NCBI RefSeq assembly: GCF_009914755.1
Contig: NC_060942.1
Origin: the human T2T-CHM13v2.0 reference genome, Homo sapiens
Length of the DNA stretch: 64,000 nucleotides
Strand: one strand, 5' to 3'
A program made the position numbers and the translations under genes. Below, piece after piece: positions 43,040-57,540 of this stretch (position 1 is the stretch's first letter; each line of letters starts with the position of its first letter). The notes under the pieces are model-generated. The model was not told the origin of the DNA, did no database searches, and worked only from the letters and a program-made list of their open reading frames with translations.

Positions 43040-44128
43040 TAACTATTAATCTGTCTACACACATTTCCTTGGTGATTTCATCCTGTCTAGTGGCTTTAAA
43101 TATCATCTATACACTAATGATTTCCAAATTTACATCTTTAACCCAGACATTTTCCATTTATTCTGAACTCATATATCCAGCTGTCTACTTAACTGCTACA
43201 TTTAGTTTTCTAATAGGCATCTCAGCTTTTACATAGCTTATGACAAAGTTTGGATCTTTCTGACAAAAATTGCACTTCCAATAGTCTTCCTGATTTCAGT
43301 TAATGACTCTCTGCTTTTATGTCTCAAACAAGTATTTTGGGTCATCTTTGATTTTCTGTAACTCTCACACACATATACAGTGTGTTGGCAAATCCTAATG
43401 ACTCTGCTTTTAGACTAATATCCAAGATATGACCATTCTGAACACCTTCACTGTTACACGCCTGGTTCCAACCCCCATCATCTCCAACCTGGATTAGTAC
43501 CATACCAATGTAATTTCACTTCCTGCTTTTACCCCTAACAACCTTAAAAGTATACATATGACCTGGCAGCTCATTAACAATATGATCTAGATTATTTATA
43601 TTTGCATACTCATTTTGTATTACTCTTTATATTTGCTTTGTTCCAACCCTAATGGTCACTTTACTTTTTCTTGGAAGGCTCCTTACTGCAGATTTTATAT
43701 TTGTGGTCTCTTCTGCTTGGAGTACTTTTTCCCTGGGAATACCTCTGGATATATTTTGCAAGTCTTGACTCACTTCCATGAAGGCTTAACTCGGTTATTT
43801 TTAAATAAGTCTTCTCAAGTGACTCGATATGGATTTGCAGAAATCCCCATATTTCTTATATCTTTTGCTTTTTATTTTTGTCAATATCACCTGTCACAGT
43901 CTAATGTATAACACCTTACTTTTAATCTGTCGCCTCTTTCCTCCACAGCTTAGAATACAAGCTTCTCAAGAGCAGAGAGTTTTGCTTTCTTTTCCCACCC
44001 TCCTTTCCTTTCTTCCCTCCTTTCTCTCTTTTTTATCTCTTTTTCTTTTTTCTCTTTTTCCTTTCTTCTCTACTACGAGTGCTTAGTATACAATAGACCC
44101 TCAACCAATGCTTGTTCAATGGATAAAT
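43040..44128 (+). mobile_element. L2a-like LINE remnant
   Basis: GGCTTTAAATATCATCTATACACTAATGATTTCCAAATT (L2 RT region); 3' end TAGACCCTCAACCAATGCTTGTTCAATGGATAAAT. Confidence 0.8.
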
Positions 44129-44545
44129 TTAAAAATAAAACAAAAAGTAAAATAGCAGTACGCAGACCTTTGCATCTCCACCCAGATTTAGGGAACTCAC
44201 TTTCTGTCCATCCCATGCACCAGCCTAAGCTTTGAATATAAAGACTTCACTTCCTAAATGTATGCTGGGTTTAATTGTCCCAATTAGGTCTTACTCAGGC
44301 TCCAATGCCCCTTTGGCATTCCTTTGTCATACTTCATTCAGAATATCTTTGTGTTTAGAGTAGGAGAAGAGAAGTTTCTCATATCAGCTCAGTCCGACAC
44401 GTTGACACATGGACAAGTCTTAGTGTTTTCTTTATATGAGAGACTATATCTAGAGATTGGAAACTACCTGGATATTAAGTGCCACTTGCACAATTACCTG
44501 AATAACCCTCATTTGTCACAGAGATGGTATTTATAAGACAATATA

Positions 44546-44934
<389 letters not shown>

Positions 44935-47900
44935 TTAGTTAATCAATTCTGACATCTGTTTTTCACACTAACCACCATTTAGCACTCTCTGACTCACTAA
45001 GGAAAGGCTCTAATATTGACTAAATATTAGTCAACAAAAAAGTTAAAAATGCATTAAATAACTAAATTTGTCGATTTGAAAACATCCTAAATTTAGAGGC
45101 TAAGTCAGCCATCACCACAACATGAATTCTTTTAACTTAGTTGTACAGCAAATACATTTTATCTCAGAAAATATTCCATTAATTCTATTAAATAATCAAC
45201 TTATTGCAAAAGTCAAGAATAAGTTAAGATGACTGGATTTGAATTATCTTGATGGATATTATTGGCAAAGAACAGTGTAAATGTAGTCAAGCAGCCAATT
45301 TTAATCTGTATTCTAGAGGTTCTCCAAAGGCCTGAAATTCCACACTTAAAAAGTAAACACAAAACAAAGAAAGACTGGGACGAAATTTATTTTTCACTTA
45401 ATTTATTGTGTATGTTGAGTCCTTTCTCACCTCCTCTCCTTTGGCTTGGTCCAGCAACAGAAATGGCATCCTCCATAGTTACAACTTAGTCATACGTTCC
45501 TCTTGTGCTCCGTCTCTATGCCTGACCAAAAATTCCTTGGAAAGTCTTCATTGAAAACTTAGTCCATGTTACTTTCCTTCTTTAAATTCCTAAAGCAATT
45601 TCTTGTTTTCAACTTGATATTTACACATGTATTGACTTACATTGTGATTTCTGTTTGTCTTTCTGGTTTAATTTAATGGTGTCAAATATATATATTTTAC
45701 CTCACCTCCAATTGTGTTTTCAGATTCTTTAGATCAGGGACAGAATATATTTTTCAGTAAACAAATATTCTGATACGCCTACTCTGCGCAAGGAGCATTT
45801 TTCTCTTTTTATTTTCTTTTTTAAAAATTCTAAATTTTTTTATTTCCGCAGAGCATCACGTGCAGAAAATACCCACGCAACCAGCTTGAAATCAATTACT
45901 TTATGCTCTTGGTATTTTAACTAGTGCTAATTTTCAAAAGCTGGGGTAAAGTCGTTGAAGACTTGGGAGTGGGATTTTGCAAAACGAATGTTTGCATCAC
46001 GTGTCATACCAAAACAGATATGAATCAGCAGGGGATAAATGAGATTCCAAAATCAGCAGATAACTTCATTTTAGCATTCATTCTGTTTTTGAATTAGCAA
46101 CATGAACAACATCCAATTTATTTTCTCAACATTGCACAACAGCATCAAACACACATTCCGGCATTCACTGTGTTTGTATCTGTGTTCACATCTGAACCTG
46201 GAACTATTCCATACCTTATTGCATTTCTTCTGAATACATTCAGCTTGGGGATTTCATGGTGATCAAAGAGCTCTCAGAACATAAGTTGCAATATGTTGCT
46301 TTTAGCAATTCAACATATTCATTCATTGAAAATTCCATCTTTTTGCATTTATTTTCCCACCAACATGTGCATATACATCAACACATTTGCATAAAGTATT
46401 CAAAGAATAAGCATATAGGAATGCTTTTTCTCCCAAGAATTTTGTGAAGTTTCCAATAGTCCAAAGTTGCCATGTTTCCCTGTTGGTCAAATTCCCTTTT
46501 CAGTGTTAATAAGGTATTGTGAAGTGTGGGATGTTTTAGGGAACTCTTTGTGATTGAATTATTTCATTTCAAACCAAAGTAGGCTTTTTTTTGTTTGTGA
46601 AGAGTTACTGGGTACCAAGAGCTGAATTTGTTTTCCCGTGAAAACTTATCTTCCTCATCCTGTGACTACAACAATGAGATAGAGAGATGACCCCTTTATG
46701 CCCAAAGAGTTCAAAATTTTTAACACCAAGTTTTTAAGTTCAGCTCTCTGATGGATGTGAATAAAGCCACATTTAAGTTAGCAAAATGCAGGTACAGAAA
46801 CAAAATGCTGGTAATGTCTATTTTTTTTCTCTCTGACCCACACAGGTATCTCATCCTCAACTTCACTGTTTTCTACAAATTTGTCTAAGCAATAAACTAG
46901 GTGTTTCTGTTATTGTTGTGGTTGTTTTGCTTTTTTTTTTTTCTCCAATGTCCTTAATTTGGAACTCTGCTCTTTTCTTCTTCATCCAAGGCCAAAACTT
47001 CTTCCGAGCCTTTTGTCAATTCTCACTTCAGTCCCACTGATTTTTTGATTGTTATCTCTTATCTATGTCTCCAGTTCAAGGCCACTGGCAGCTTTGCAGA
47101 GGGGTTATAGATTTTTATTTACTCTCTGGCATTTCTCTTTCTGACTCACGTTGCTGGTGAGAAGCCATGAAAAATTCTTTAAAAATTTGACTGTTTGATT
47201 TCCCTGAAAGCTCGGGGAATGTGGCATCTTCTCCATTCGTTCATTCTGTCCTTCATAAATCACTTCAACAAAAAATCACTGCTGATTTTTATGAGCACCA
47301 CACTGGGCATAAGGAATATACATTTCTGTATTTAGGCCTTATTGTAAAATTAAAAATAGTGCGATTTAGTTGAGGTGAGCAGAAATATAATCAAATCATA
47401 ATTCAGTGTAGTAAGTCCCTAATAGAAGCAACTCTAGAAATATGGAAAAGGGAACAACTTACTGTACCTGGGGTAAATGAGTAGATATCACCAGGGTTGT
47501 TGTATGGAATCTATGTCTAACAGGGTAAGTTTGATTTTACCAGGTGTTGTAGAGGGCAAAATTATTATTAGAGTATCCTCAAGGAGACATGAAAGTACCT
47601 ACCACTTCAGTATAGTAGAGTGAGAGTAAAAACATGATTATTAATCTACAAAAATGATGACTATGGAAGCCAATCTTATGTATTTTCACAACACACTAAT
47701 TGACTGAGATAGAACAAAATCAGACTGTGCTTGGCAGAGCATTTGTTAAAACATACCAACATTCATCATCTCTCCTTTTGAACTGAAGTTGTGATAGGTA
47801 TTGCAAAACTGACAACATTTTTATTCACTTTGTTTATCTTACTTTGGTGAAAGAACTCATGATACTGTGGGAATCTTTTGGTGAATGGAAGTTCTCACGA

Positions 47901-48149
47901 GTGAATGAAAAGTCATATTGAATAAATACTGTTGAATAAAAAATGTAAAATCTACTCTGGGAAAATATGGCCTTATTGACATTTTTTTCCTCACATAAAT
48001 GATAACTCCCTTCATGTAAGATTTCACTTCCCAAACAAAAATGACATGACTTTTGTTTTGTGGCCATGAAATTTTGTAATCAAGCAGTCATTACAGTCAC
48101 TTGTGAAATAAAATTTATTGAGTTATTAAAAGAAAATTTAAAATTTACA

Positions 48150-49265
48150 TTTATTCCTGTCTTTGTAATTTGCTTTTGGAAAAAAAAAACACTTTCAATC
48201 TGATAAAAGAAATCTATGAAAAACACAAAATGTTTTGTCACTAAGATCAGAGACAAGACCAGGCTGTCCACTGTCACCAGTTGAATTCCACATTGTATTG
48301 GGGATTCTAAACAGTAGAATCAGAAAAAGAAAACAAGTAGAAGTCATCTAAACTGGAAAGTAAAACTATCTTTAATCTTACATGATATAATTATCATTTA
48401 AGGTAGATTAAAGTAATTGTCATTTAAGGTAGAAAATCCTTTGAGGACAAGCAAACTACCATTCCTAGATCAAGTGTGGTCAGTTTCCTATTTATTGTAT
48501 GATGTTTAAGCTAAAAAGCTGAGAAGAAGAAGAAAAAGAAGGAGAAGGAGAAGGAGTAGGAAAAGAAAAGAAGATAGAGATCTTATGTTGCCTACAAAGC
48601 CTGAAATAATTATTGTCTACAACCTTGACAGAAAAAGTTTGCCTACTTCTGGATTACACAAAAAAGCTACTAAAACCCACAAGTGAACTTAGAAAAAACT
48701 GTAGTCATTTCACTCCTAGATACTTTCACAAATGAATAATTATGGATATATTCCTATAAAATTGCTCATATCCTAATTTTCCTAGCAATTTTATTTATAA
48801 TTACCTAAAATTGGAAACAATCCAAATGTGCATCAATATGTAAATAGTTAAGTAAATTATGGCATATCAATACAATGGAATGCTACTTAGCAATAAAAAA
48901 TAATAATAAACTTGTGATACACAAACTGACATGAATGAATCACACAATAAGTATACTGAGCAAAATGTGTCAATCAAAAAAGAGCATATATTCTATGGAT
49001 TTAATAAACATAAAATTATGGAATTTGAAATTTAAACTACAACAGTGGAAAGAGCAGTGGTTGCTTGGGGATAAGGAGCATCCAGATGTGAGAGGCTAGA
49101 GAAAAAGGAGAATTAGGAAACCTTTGGAGGTGGTGGATAGTTTCATTATCTTGATTGAGGCAATGGTTTCACAGATGCATACTATGTCAAAGGGCATTAA
49201 GTTGTATACTTTACACATGTGTAGTTTATTATATATCAATTTCATTTTAATAAAACTGTAAACAA
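48150..49265 (+). mobile_element. Old L1M pieces (RT fragment, then 3'UTR) with an internal MER58-like fragment at ~48570-48651
   Basis: CAAGACCAGGCTGTCCACTGTCACC (RQGCPLS-like); CAAAGCCTGAAATAATT...CAGAAAAAGTTTGCC (MER58 end); AATTGGAAACAATCCAAATGT...TTTAATAAAACTG (L1M 3' end). Confidence 0.7.
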
Positions 49266-49284
49266 AATGAGTGGAATAAAGTTA

Positions 49285-50330
<1,046 letters not shown>

Positions 50331-51512
50331 GGCATTATAATACACATAACAGAAGCTTTTATATGCACATGTGTTTATATACATGTGTATGTACAATACA
50401 TAATCACACATACATTTTTTTCTTTTCTTTTTCTGGACAATTGTCTTACACTACAAAAACAAAGTAACTCTATATAAGTTACATATATTTACCTATAGTG
50501 TTCAACCTAGCTATTTTGAAACCAAAAACCACAAACAATTTTTGTTTAGCAATTAAGCTTCTTTAGTGTTTCCCCAAATCGATTCTATCATATATCTTTA
50601 TTTTAATTATTCCAAATCCATAAACTCAGTATTAAAATATTACACTCTAAATTAAAATACGCAAAAATACATTACAGAGGTCTTTTCTTCATGTCTTCAA
50701 AATTATCAATTTTTTTGACCTCAATTTTTTTTTCTGTAATTAAAATGTTATTAGAATAATTATTCCAGCTGAAATACACAGGTGTATTGGAAGATTTTTA
50801 AATGACCATTTGAAGAAAGACCTATTTTATTTATTGTCATTTGACAACCATTAAGCACAATTTCCTCTTGTTCAGGGCAAACTGTGGCCCAGTGAACAAC
50901 AAGTCTGAAATGATTATGGCATTTACACATGCTTATCTGGACAGATATAATTGTTCAAATACACCTGCTGTATTTGGACATCTATTCAGAATCTTAAAAA
51001 AAAAAAAGGTGGAAAATCCTATTTAGTGCAAATCCTTCTGAGAGTCTGTAGCCCTGGGATAAAATGGTACTGTTGGAATGAGCAGTCTCCTTCAAGATAT
51101 TCTTTAGGGAGAAAATCTGGGGCTGGTGTTTTCTTTGAGTGAGATTTTGGAATGCAAAAAATATGGAAACATCTGGAAAAGTTTTCTAGAATCCATCATT
51201 GTCTCAGTCATGGGTGTAGAGAACTAGCCATGACACTCCACCTTAGAATGCTATCCTGTTCTGGTTCTCTTTGAACACCTGCAAACAGTCCCACCTGCCT
51301 TTCTACATGTTATGATCAGAACATCCCTCTCTTCAATGTGATGACCTCTGTCAGCTGAAAATTTGAAAATTTGTGTGTGACACACCATATACAGCATTGG
51401 AAACATTATTATCTTTTATGTTCCTCTCATTTTTTTTTTCTTTTTTCAAAAATAAACCAAAATTTTTATAATTTGAGATTGCATCATGTCTCCCATGTTA
51501 GGATTCACTTTT

Positions 51513-51889
51513 TGTCTTAGTCCATTCTCACACTGCTAATAATGACATATGCCAGACTGTGTAATTTATAAGTGAAAGAAGTTTAATTGACTCACATTTC
51601 AGCATGGCTGGAGAGGCCTCAGAAAACTTACAGTCATGGTGGAAGGGGAAGCAAACATGTCCTTCTTCACACAGTAGCAGGAAAGAGAATAATGAGTGTC
51701 CAGCGAAAGGTGAAGCCCCGTATTAAACCATTAGATCTTGTGAGAACTAACTCACTATCATGAGAACAGGTTGGGGGAATCACCCCCATGATTCAATTAT
51801 GTCTAACTGTTCCCTCCTATGACGCATGGGGATTATGGGAATTGCAATTCAAGTTGAGATTTGGGATGGGACAAAGCCAGACCATATCA
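51513..51889 (-). mobile_element. THE1C-like solo LTR with intact 5-bp TSD
   Basis: TGTCTTAGTCCATTCTCACACTGCT...GAGATTTGGG...CCATATCA; CTTTT at 51508-51512 and 51890-51894. Confidence 0.95.
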
Positions 51890-51939
51890 CTTTTTAATGT
51901 TCAAAGAGAGAGACTATTAAGAAAGTCAAAATCTAACAA

Positions 51940-52280
51940 ATGGAGTTTAAGAGATTACAGGTGGGTTCCTGGGAAAGATTTCTCCCCTAATTAAAAAAAG
52001 AATCAGTGAAGAGAAGTATGTCTTTATGATGATTCTGGATCTGGTTATGTGAGAATAAGTAATCTTAGACTTTCCAACTATCTTAGAATCATGGGTGGTG
52101 GGCAGAAGAGCTAGCCTGCCAACCTTAAAATGATGGAGCAGAGAGATAGAAACTCTGTAATGATATTGTTGAACTGCTGATTTGATCAATCAATCCCTAA
52201 TTCCAGACTTCTTAATAGGAATAATGCTAATGCTTTCTTATTTTAAGGCACTCAAATTTTAAAGCTAACTGAAACTAAAA
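51940..52280 (+). mobile_element. Old MLT1 (K/L-like) LTR remnant
   Basis: GGGTTCCTGGGAAAGATTTCTCCCC...GATGGAGCAGAGAGATAGAAA...TTCCAGACTTCTT. Confidence 0.55.
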
Positions 52281-52384
52281 GCTCTTTTTCATGTCAACAG
52301 AACATGGCTGCACTGGCAATGGTTCAACTTCATTAATTCAACCAGGCAGTGATGGTTCAATGTTTTGAGTCATCTCTCCACATA

Positions 52385-52590
52385 GCAACAGTCAGCAAGC
52401 TTTTTCTGTAAATGACGAGGTAGTAACTATTTGGGCCACAAGGTGTCTGTCACAACTATTCAACTCTGTCCTTAAAGTATTAATATGAAAGCAGCTATGG
52501 AAAAGGCATAAATAAATGAGTGTGCCTGTGTTCTAATAAAACTTTATTTAAATCTCACAGCAGGCTGGGTCAGAGTTTGCTAATATCTTC
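52385..52590 (-). mobile_element. MER58A-like hAT element
   Basis: GTCAGCAAGCTTTTTCTGTAAA...CACAACTATTCAACTCTG...GTGTTCTAATAAAACTTTATTTA...AGTTTGC. Confidence 0.8.
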
Positions 52591-53527
52591 CCTATAACAC
52601 CTGCACTGGGATAGAAATAGAGGCATTCAATGTTTTCCCTAAAAGGAATGTTATCATGGGAATTTCAGAAAATATATCAGCATCATTCTGTATTGGCTTA
52701 CAAGGTAAGCCAACCGTGATGCATGCTCTGGAGTTAAAAAGGGTCATTGTACCTGGACACACACAAAGATCAAATGTGTACTATGACAAGCAGAAAAAAA
52801 GCAGGGTGGTTGTGGGACAGGGTGTTGTCTACCATAAAGGGTAAGGGATAAGATTTTCTTCATGGGGACAGGCATGAAGGATACATAGGGAAGAGTGTAA
52901 ATATTCAAAAACAGCAAAAAGGTATACAAAAGAAAACAGTGAATACTGAAGTCAAATGTCAGCTTTCTTAGTAAAAAACCTGCTATAAGAACAAATGCTG
53001 AGACTTTCAAATTTCTATCACCTTTCTTAGAAGACTTCCACATCACAAATACTTTTTACTGTTACATGTGAATAGCATGACAAGTAATTGAACAGCACAG
53101 GCTTCAAATATTATTTACCTTATTTTTTAGTGCTTTTATCTCATCTCTCCATCTAATGGAGAGGTAGCTTTTAAGAAAGATGGGCAGACTATAGATGTGA
53201 TATGAGAAGTCCTTCTGAAAGATTCTCATGCACCTGATTAGTTCTTCCCAAACTTTTTGCCTCAATGATTGCAGTAATCCTGGAAGAGTAACAATAATTT
53301 AAAAGGTATATCCAATAAAAAAATTTATTAATTATTCAGATCAGAGTCAATGTATGATTCCTTTTTAAATATGAAACACTTTTTACACTACACTTTTATA
53401 CATTTGCCCATGTATAATAAAAATGATAATAATCATTCATAGATTCAACACAGTATCAACAAGCTGATATTAGGGCCTGCCACAGAATGCTGCTAAGGTT
53501 ACATAGAACTCTATTAGGAGTTCTTAC

Positions 53528-53539
53528 CTAAAGGAGACT
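53528..53539 (-). other. Candidate 12-nt microexon (AGTCTCCTTTAG); host transcript unknown
   Basis: Minus strand reads ttttaattcgtgttttcttgctttgcctctacCAG|AGTCTCCTTTAG|GTAAGA; splice-signal pattern only, no transcript evidence. Confidence 0.3.
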
Positions 53540-54519
53540 CTGGTAGAGGCAAAGCAAGAAAACACGAATTAAAACACAAGTTCTCTAAAACATTAAGTTT
53601 ATGCGAGCATGAGTGAATTAGGAGATTAATCAGAAGAGAGCCTCCCATTTTTTAACATGTGTGAGGTGAGTGAAGCATGATATTCTTCCTTGCATTTCCA
53701 GAGCAAGACAAGTCTTCTGCTGATGGAAAAAAAAATTGCTCACTCAGTAGTTTCTTTGTTTTCCTCTTTGTAGCACTCCTGGCACCACACTCCAGAATGG
53801 ATAAATTAAAATGGTTTCTGCCTAATCCCCTCAGAGAGGTTTGATTGTGCATAGACTATAGTATTTTAGTTGAGCAGGCTTAAAACATTATGCCTTTGAA
53901 AGCCTAATAGTTGTGTTGGTGTAATCAATTCTAATATGTAACATTTGGGATGTATGTGCAACTCTCCCAGGCCTCGTTTTTGCAATAAGAGAGGGAAGGC
54001 GATGAGTCATTGCTGGTCTATATAGGAACATGAAGAAGAGCTGCTTACCAATCAGAAAAAAGCACACTCTATTTCACAGCAGGAAATGCTTCCACCCACC
54101 CCTGCCTGGAGAGAGAAAAAGACAGAAAATTCAATAAGCCTGGAATTTAGGAAATTCAGCGATGAGCACAAAAAAAGTGATGAAGATAAATTTCGTCAAT
54201 CTTTTTGCAGCAAGACAGGTGGGGTCCACCCAGGTAGTCTGGTACCAGTGGTCCGCAGGAGTCTTGGAGGTAGAACAGCTAACTGGACACTGGACAAGCC
54301 TAACAACCTGTCTCTGCTTGGAAAGCTTGTAGGCCAGGGTCAGAAAAATAAGGGTTTGTTGCCATAAGACCTCTCCAAGAACGTGAGATCTAATAGCTTC
54401 TGTGCTTGCATTTTCCTTCTGCAAAACACAAACCATTGTGCAAGAACACCTAAAATATTTTGCTCCTTGAAGGTCCAAAATTTTATATGCAACAAAGCTT
54501 TTTGATTTTACAAACATTT

Positions 54520-56420
54520 TCTTCATTTTAAAATTAAACATCATAGTTTGAGATAATTGTAGGATCGCATTCAGATGTAAGAAATAATACAGAGACATCC
54601 TGTATACCCTTACCCAGATTCTACCATGATAGCATCCTACGTAATCATAATACAGATCAATATCACAACTGGAAAACTGACGTTGATGCATCCCTTCAAA
54701 CTTGTTTAGATTCTACCAGTTTTATATGCAATCCTCTATGTATGTGTCTATGTGTTAGCACTATGCAGTTTGATTGCCTGTGTGTATCTATCACCACAGT
54801 CAAAATACTAAACAATTCCCTTATAGCAAGGATCACTCCTGTTGCCTTTTATAGTCATACCACCATCCTCCTTCCTCTCTTCTGACTACTGTTAACTGCT
54901 CTACATCACTACAATGTTGTTATTTCAAGAATATTATCGAAATGAAATCATATGGTATATTTGTCTTTTGGAACTATCTTTTTTCATTCATCATAATTAT
55001 CTTGGGATTCATCCAAGTTATGTGTGTATCAAAATATGTTACTTTATATTGCTTCATGGTGTTCCATCTGAGGATGTATCAGTTTGTCTAATCATTCACT
55101 CAGTGAAAGACATTTGAATAGTTTTCAGTTTTTACACTGTTGGGAATAAAGCTGCTTTAAATATCCATGTAAAGGCTTTTTTTCTTTTCTTTTCTTTTTC
55201 TTTTTCATTTTTTTCTTTTGGAATGCATACTTCCATTCCTCTGTAATAGGTAGCTAAGAGTTCAATTGTTTGGCTAGATGATTATTGCATATTTAGTTCT
55301 ATAAGACATTGTCAAACTTCTCTCCAGAGTGGCTTGTCCATTTTACATTTGCATCAGCAATATATGAATGATTGAGAAACTGGAATGATCTAGTTTATTC
55401 ACATCCTCCCTAGTATTTGCTATTACTACTGTTTTTTTTTTTTTTTACCTCTTTTTGATAGGCAGGTAGTGATATCTCATTGTGGTTTTAATTTCATTTC
55501 CCTAATGGATAATAATATTAATATTTTGTTATGTGATCCTTTGCCATCTGCAGATCCTGTTTAGTATAATATCCTATCTTTTGTCCATTTTCTAATTCAA
55601 TTTTTTGTTACTTTGAGCTTTGAGTATGTTTTACATATTCTAGACACTAGACTTTTGCTGGATATGAGTTTTGAAAATATTTTCTCTTAATCTATAGTTT
55701 GGTTTTTCTTTCTCTTAACAGGTTTTACTATGGAGAAAATTTTTAGAATTTTGATGAGTTTAAATTTATCATTTTTTTTTATTTTATGGATCATGATTTT
55801 TAGGTCTAAGAAAAGTTTGCCTAGCCCTAGATTCTGAAGACTGTCTCACATTTTACTTTGAAAGTTTTATAGTTTCATGTTTACATTTAAGTCAGTGTTT
55901 CCTCCACTAAATTACTTTTGCATCTTTTTTTTAAAAGTTGTGTGCATTTGTGTGAATTTGTTCCTGGGTTCTCTATTCTGTTCCATATATCTCTGTGTCT
56001 ATTCCTCCATGCTGTTTTTATTACTGTAGCTCTAGAGTAAACCTGGATATTGAGAGGTGATTCCTCCTACTCTATATACTTAAGATTTTTTTCCCTAAGG
56101 CCATTTCATTTCCATGTAAATAATAGAATTAATTTGTCTATGTTTACGAAAAATGACTAAGATTTTGACAGAAAGTGCTTTAAACTTCTAGGTTAAATTG
56201 GAGGATATTGATGTGTTTTCCACATGAGTCTTTCAAACCATAACATTAGTATTTCTCTCCATTTATTTAAATATATTTTGATTCCATTTCATCAGCATTC
56301 AGTTCAGTGCATATTTTGTTAAGTTTATAACTAATTTCATTTTCTTTGGCATGATAGACTTTTCATGTGTATTATGCCCATTTGTCTTGCATGTAACTGC
56401 TTCTGGATTTTCTCCCCAAC
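54520..56420 (-). mobile_element. L1MC1/2-like 3' portion
   Basis: TTGAGATAATTGTAG...GTAAGAAATAATACAGAGACATCCTGTATACCCTTACCCAG 3' end; CCAGAGTGGCTTGTCCATTTTACATT; ATCTCATTGTGGTTTTAATTT. Confidence 0.85.
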
Positions 56421-56542
56421 ATTGATTCCATCTTCTGTGTATTTCCTTACACTAGTAATTTAACATGAAAAGCTCTCTCTTCCTCTGTTATGATGGCTTC
56501 AAATTTTTTCATGAAGGCATTCCAAACAAAATGGGCCTTTAT

Positions 56543-56903
56543 GAGGAGTTCATGTCCTTTGTAGGGACATGGATGAAGCTGGAAACCATCATTCTGAGCA
56601 AACTATCGCAAGGACAGAAAACCAAACACCGCATGTTCTCATTCACAGGTGGGAATTGAACAATGAGAACACGTGGACACAGGATGGGGAACATCACACA
56701 CCAGGGCCTGTGGTGGGGTGGAGGAAGTGGGGAGAGATAGCATTAGGAGATATACCTAATGTAAATGACGAGTTAATGGGTGCAGCACACCAACATGGCA
56801 TATGTATACATATGTAACAAACCTGCACATTGTGCACATGTACCGTAGAACTTAAAGTATAATTAAAAAATAAATAAATAAATAAAAAGAAAAAAAAGAA
56901 AAA
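56543..56903 (+). mobile_element. L1PA4/5-like 5'-truncated insertion (~360 bp) with poly-A
   Basis: GAGTTCATGTCCTTTGTAGGGACATGGATGAAGCTGG...AGAACTTAAAGTATAAT; TSD TGGGCCTTTAT (56532-56542 / 56906-56916). Confidence 0.95.
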
Positions 56904-57286
56904 GGTGGGCCTTTATTAAAAAAATAGAGAACTGTGTGATTTTCTAAATTATAATTAAAATTCTGGTTCTGCCACTTTGTGCATTCCAAGCAAGTCAGTT
57001 CACTTATCTGAATGTTAATTTGATCACATGGGAAAAACATTATTTAAAACTTGTTTACTGATGTGTGTGTATGTCTAAATTTAAAATCATATTCATAGCA
57101 CTAATTAGAGAAACAGACACATATAGTAGGGGTTCAATAAACAGCATTAATAGCTCCCCAATCTTGATTGTCAATGGCATTTATTGCAGTGTTTATGGAT
57201 TTGGGCACAAATATTTTATTCAGGTTTTTGTGTGTATTGTATAATTTATTTTTGACATATTTCATGTTGATGTTGTAATTTTTGCT

Positions 57287-57310
57287 GTGTGTGTGTGTGT
57301 GTGTGTGTGT
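57287..57310. repeat. (TG)12 microsatellite
   Basis: Direct inspection. Confidence 0.95.
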
Positions 57311-57540
57311 ATTGTTTTTATGGAGAATTCGTAAGCTCTACAGAGAAGAGAGACAATGTTATTTTTTACATCTATTGTGGAATATGCTCATCTGATATGT
57401 AGCATTGGGAAATGCTATATTCTCTGACCTTTAGATTTTTTCATCCATAAAAAAGAGAAAAAGAGACAATAATACTTAATAAGATTATTGAGAAGTTATA
57501 ATGAGACCATATGTGAAAGTGGATGTGTAATTTACATATA

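Noticed and set aside
45016-45034. TTGACTAA-ATA-TTAGTCAA hairpin (also a 9-bp stem at ~46290-46319)
   Set aside because: AT-rich stems of 8-9 bp are expected by chance in this composition
54086-54691. 186-aa minus ORF and overlapping 93-aa plus ORF
   Set aside because: The minus ORF begins inside the L1MC 3'UTR; no recognisable domain and no matching splice structure
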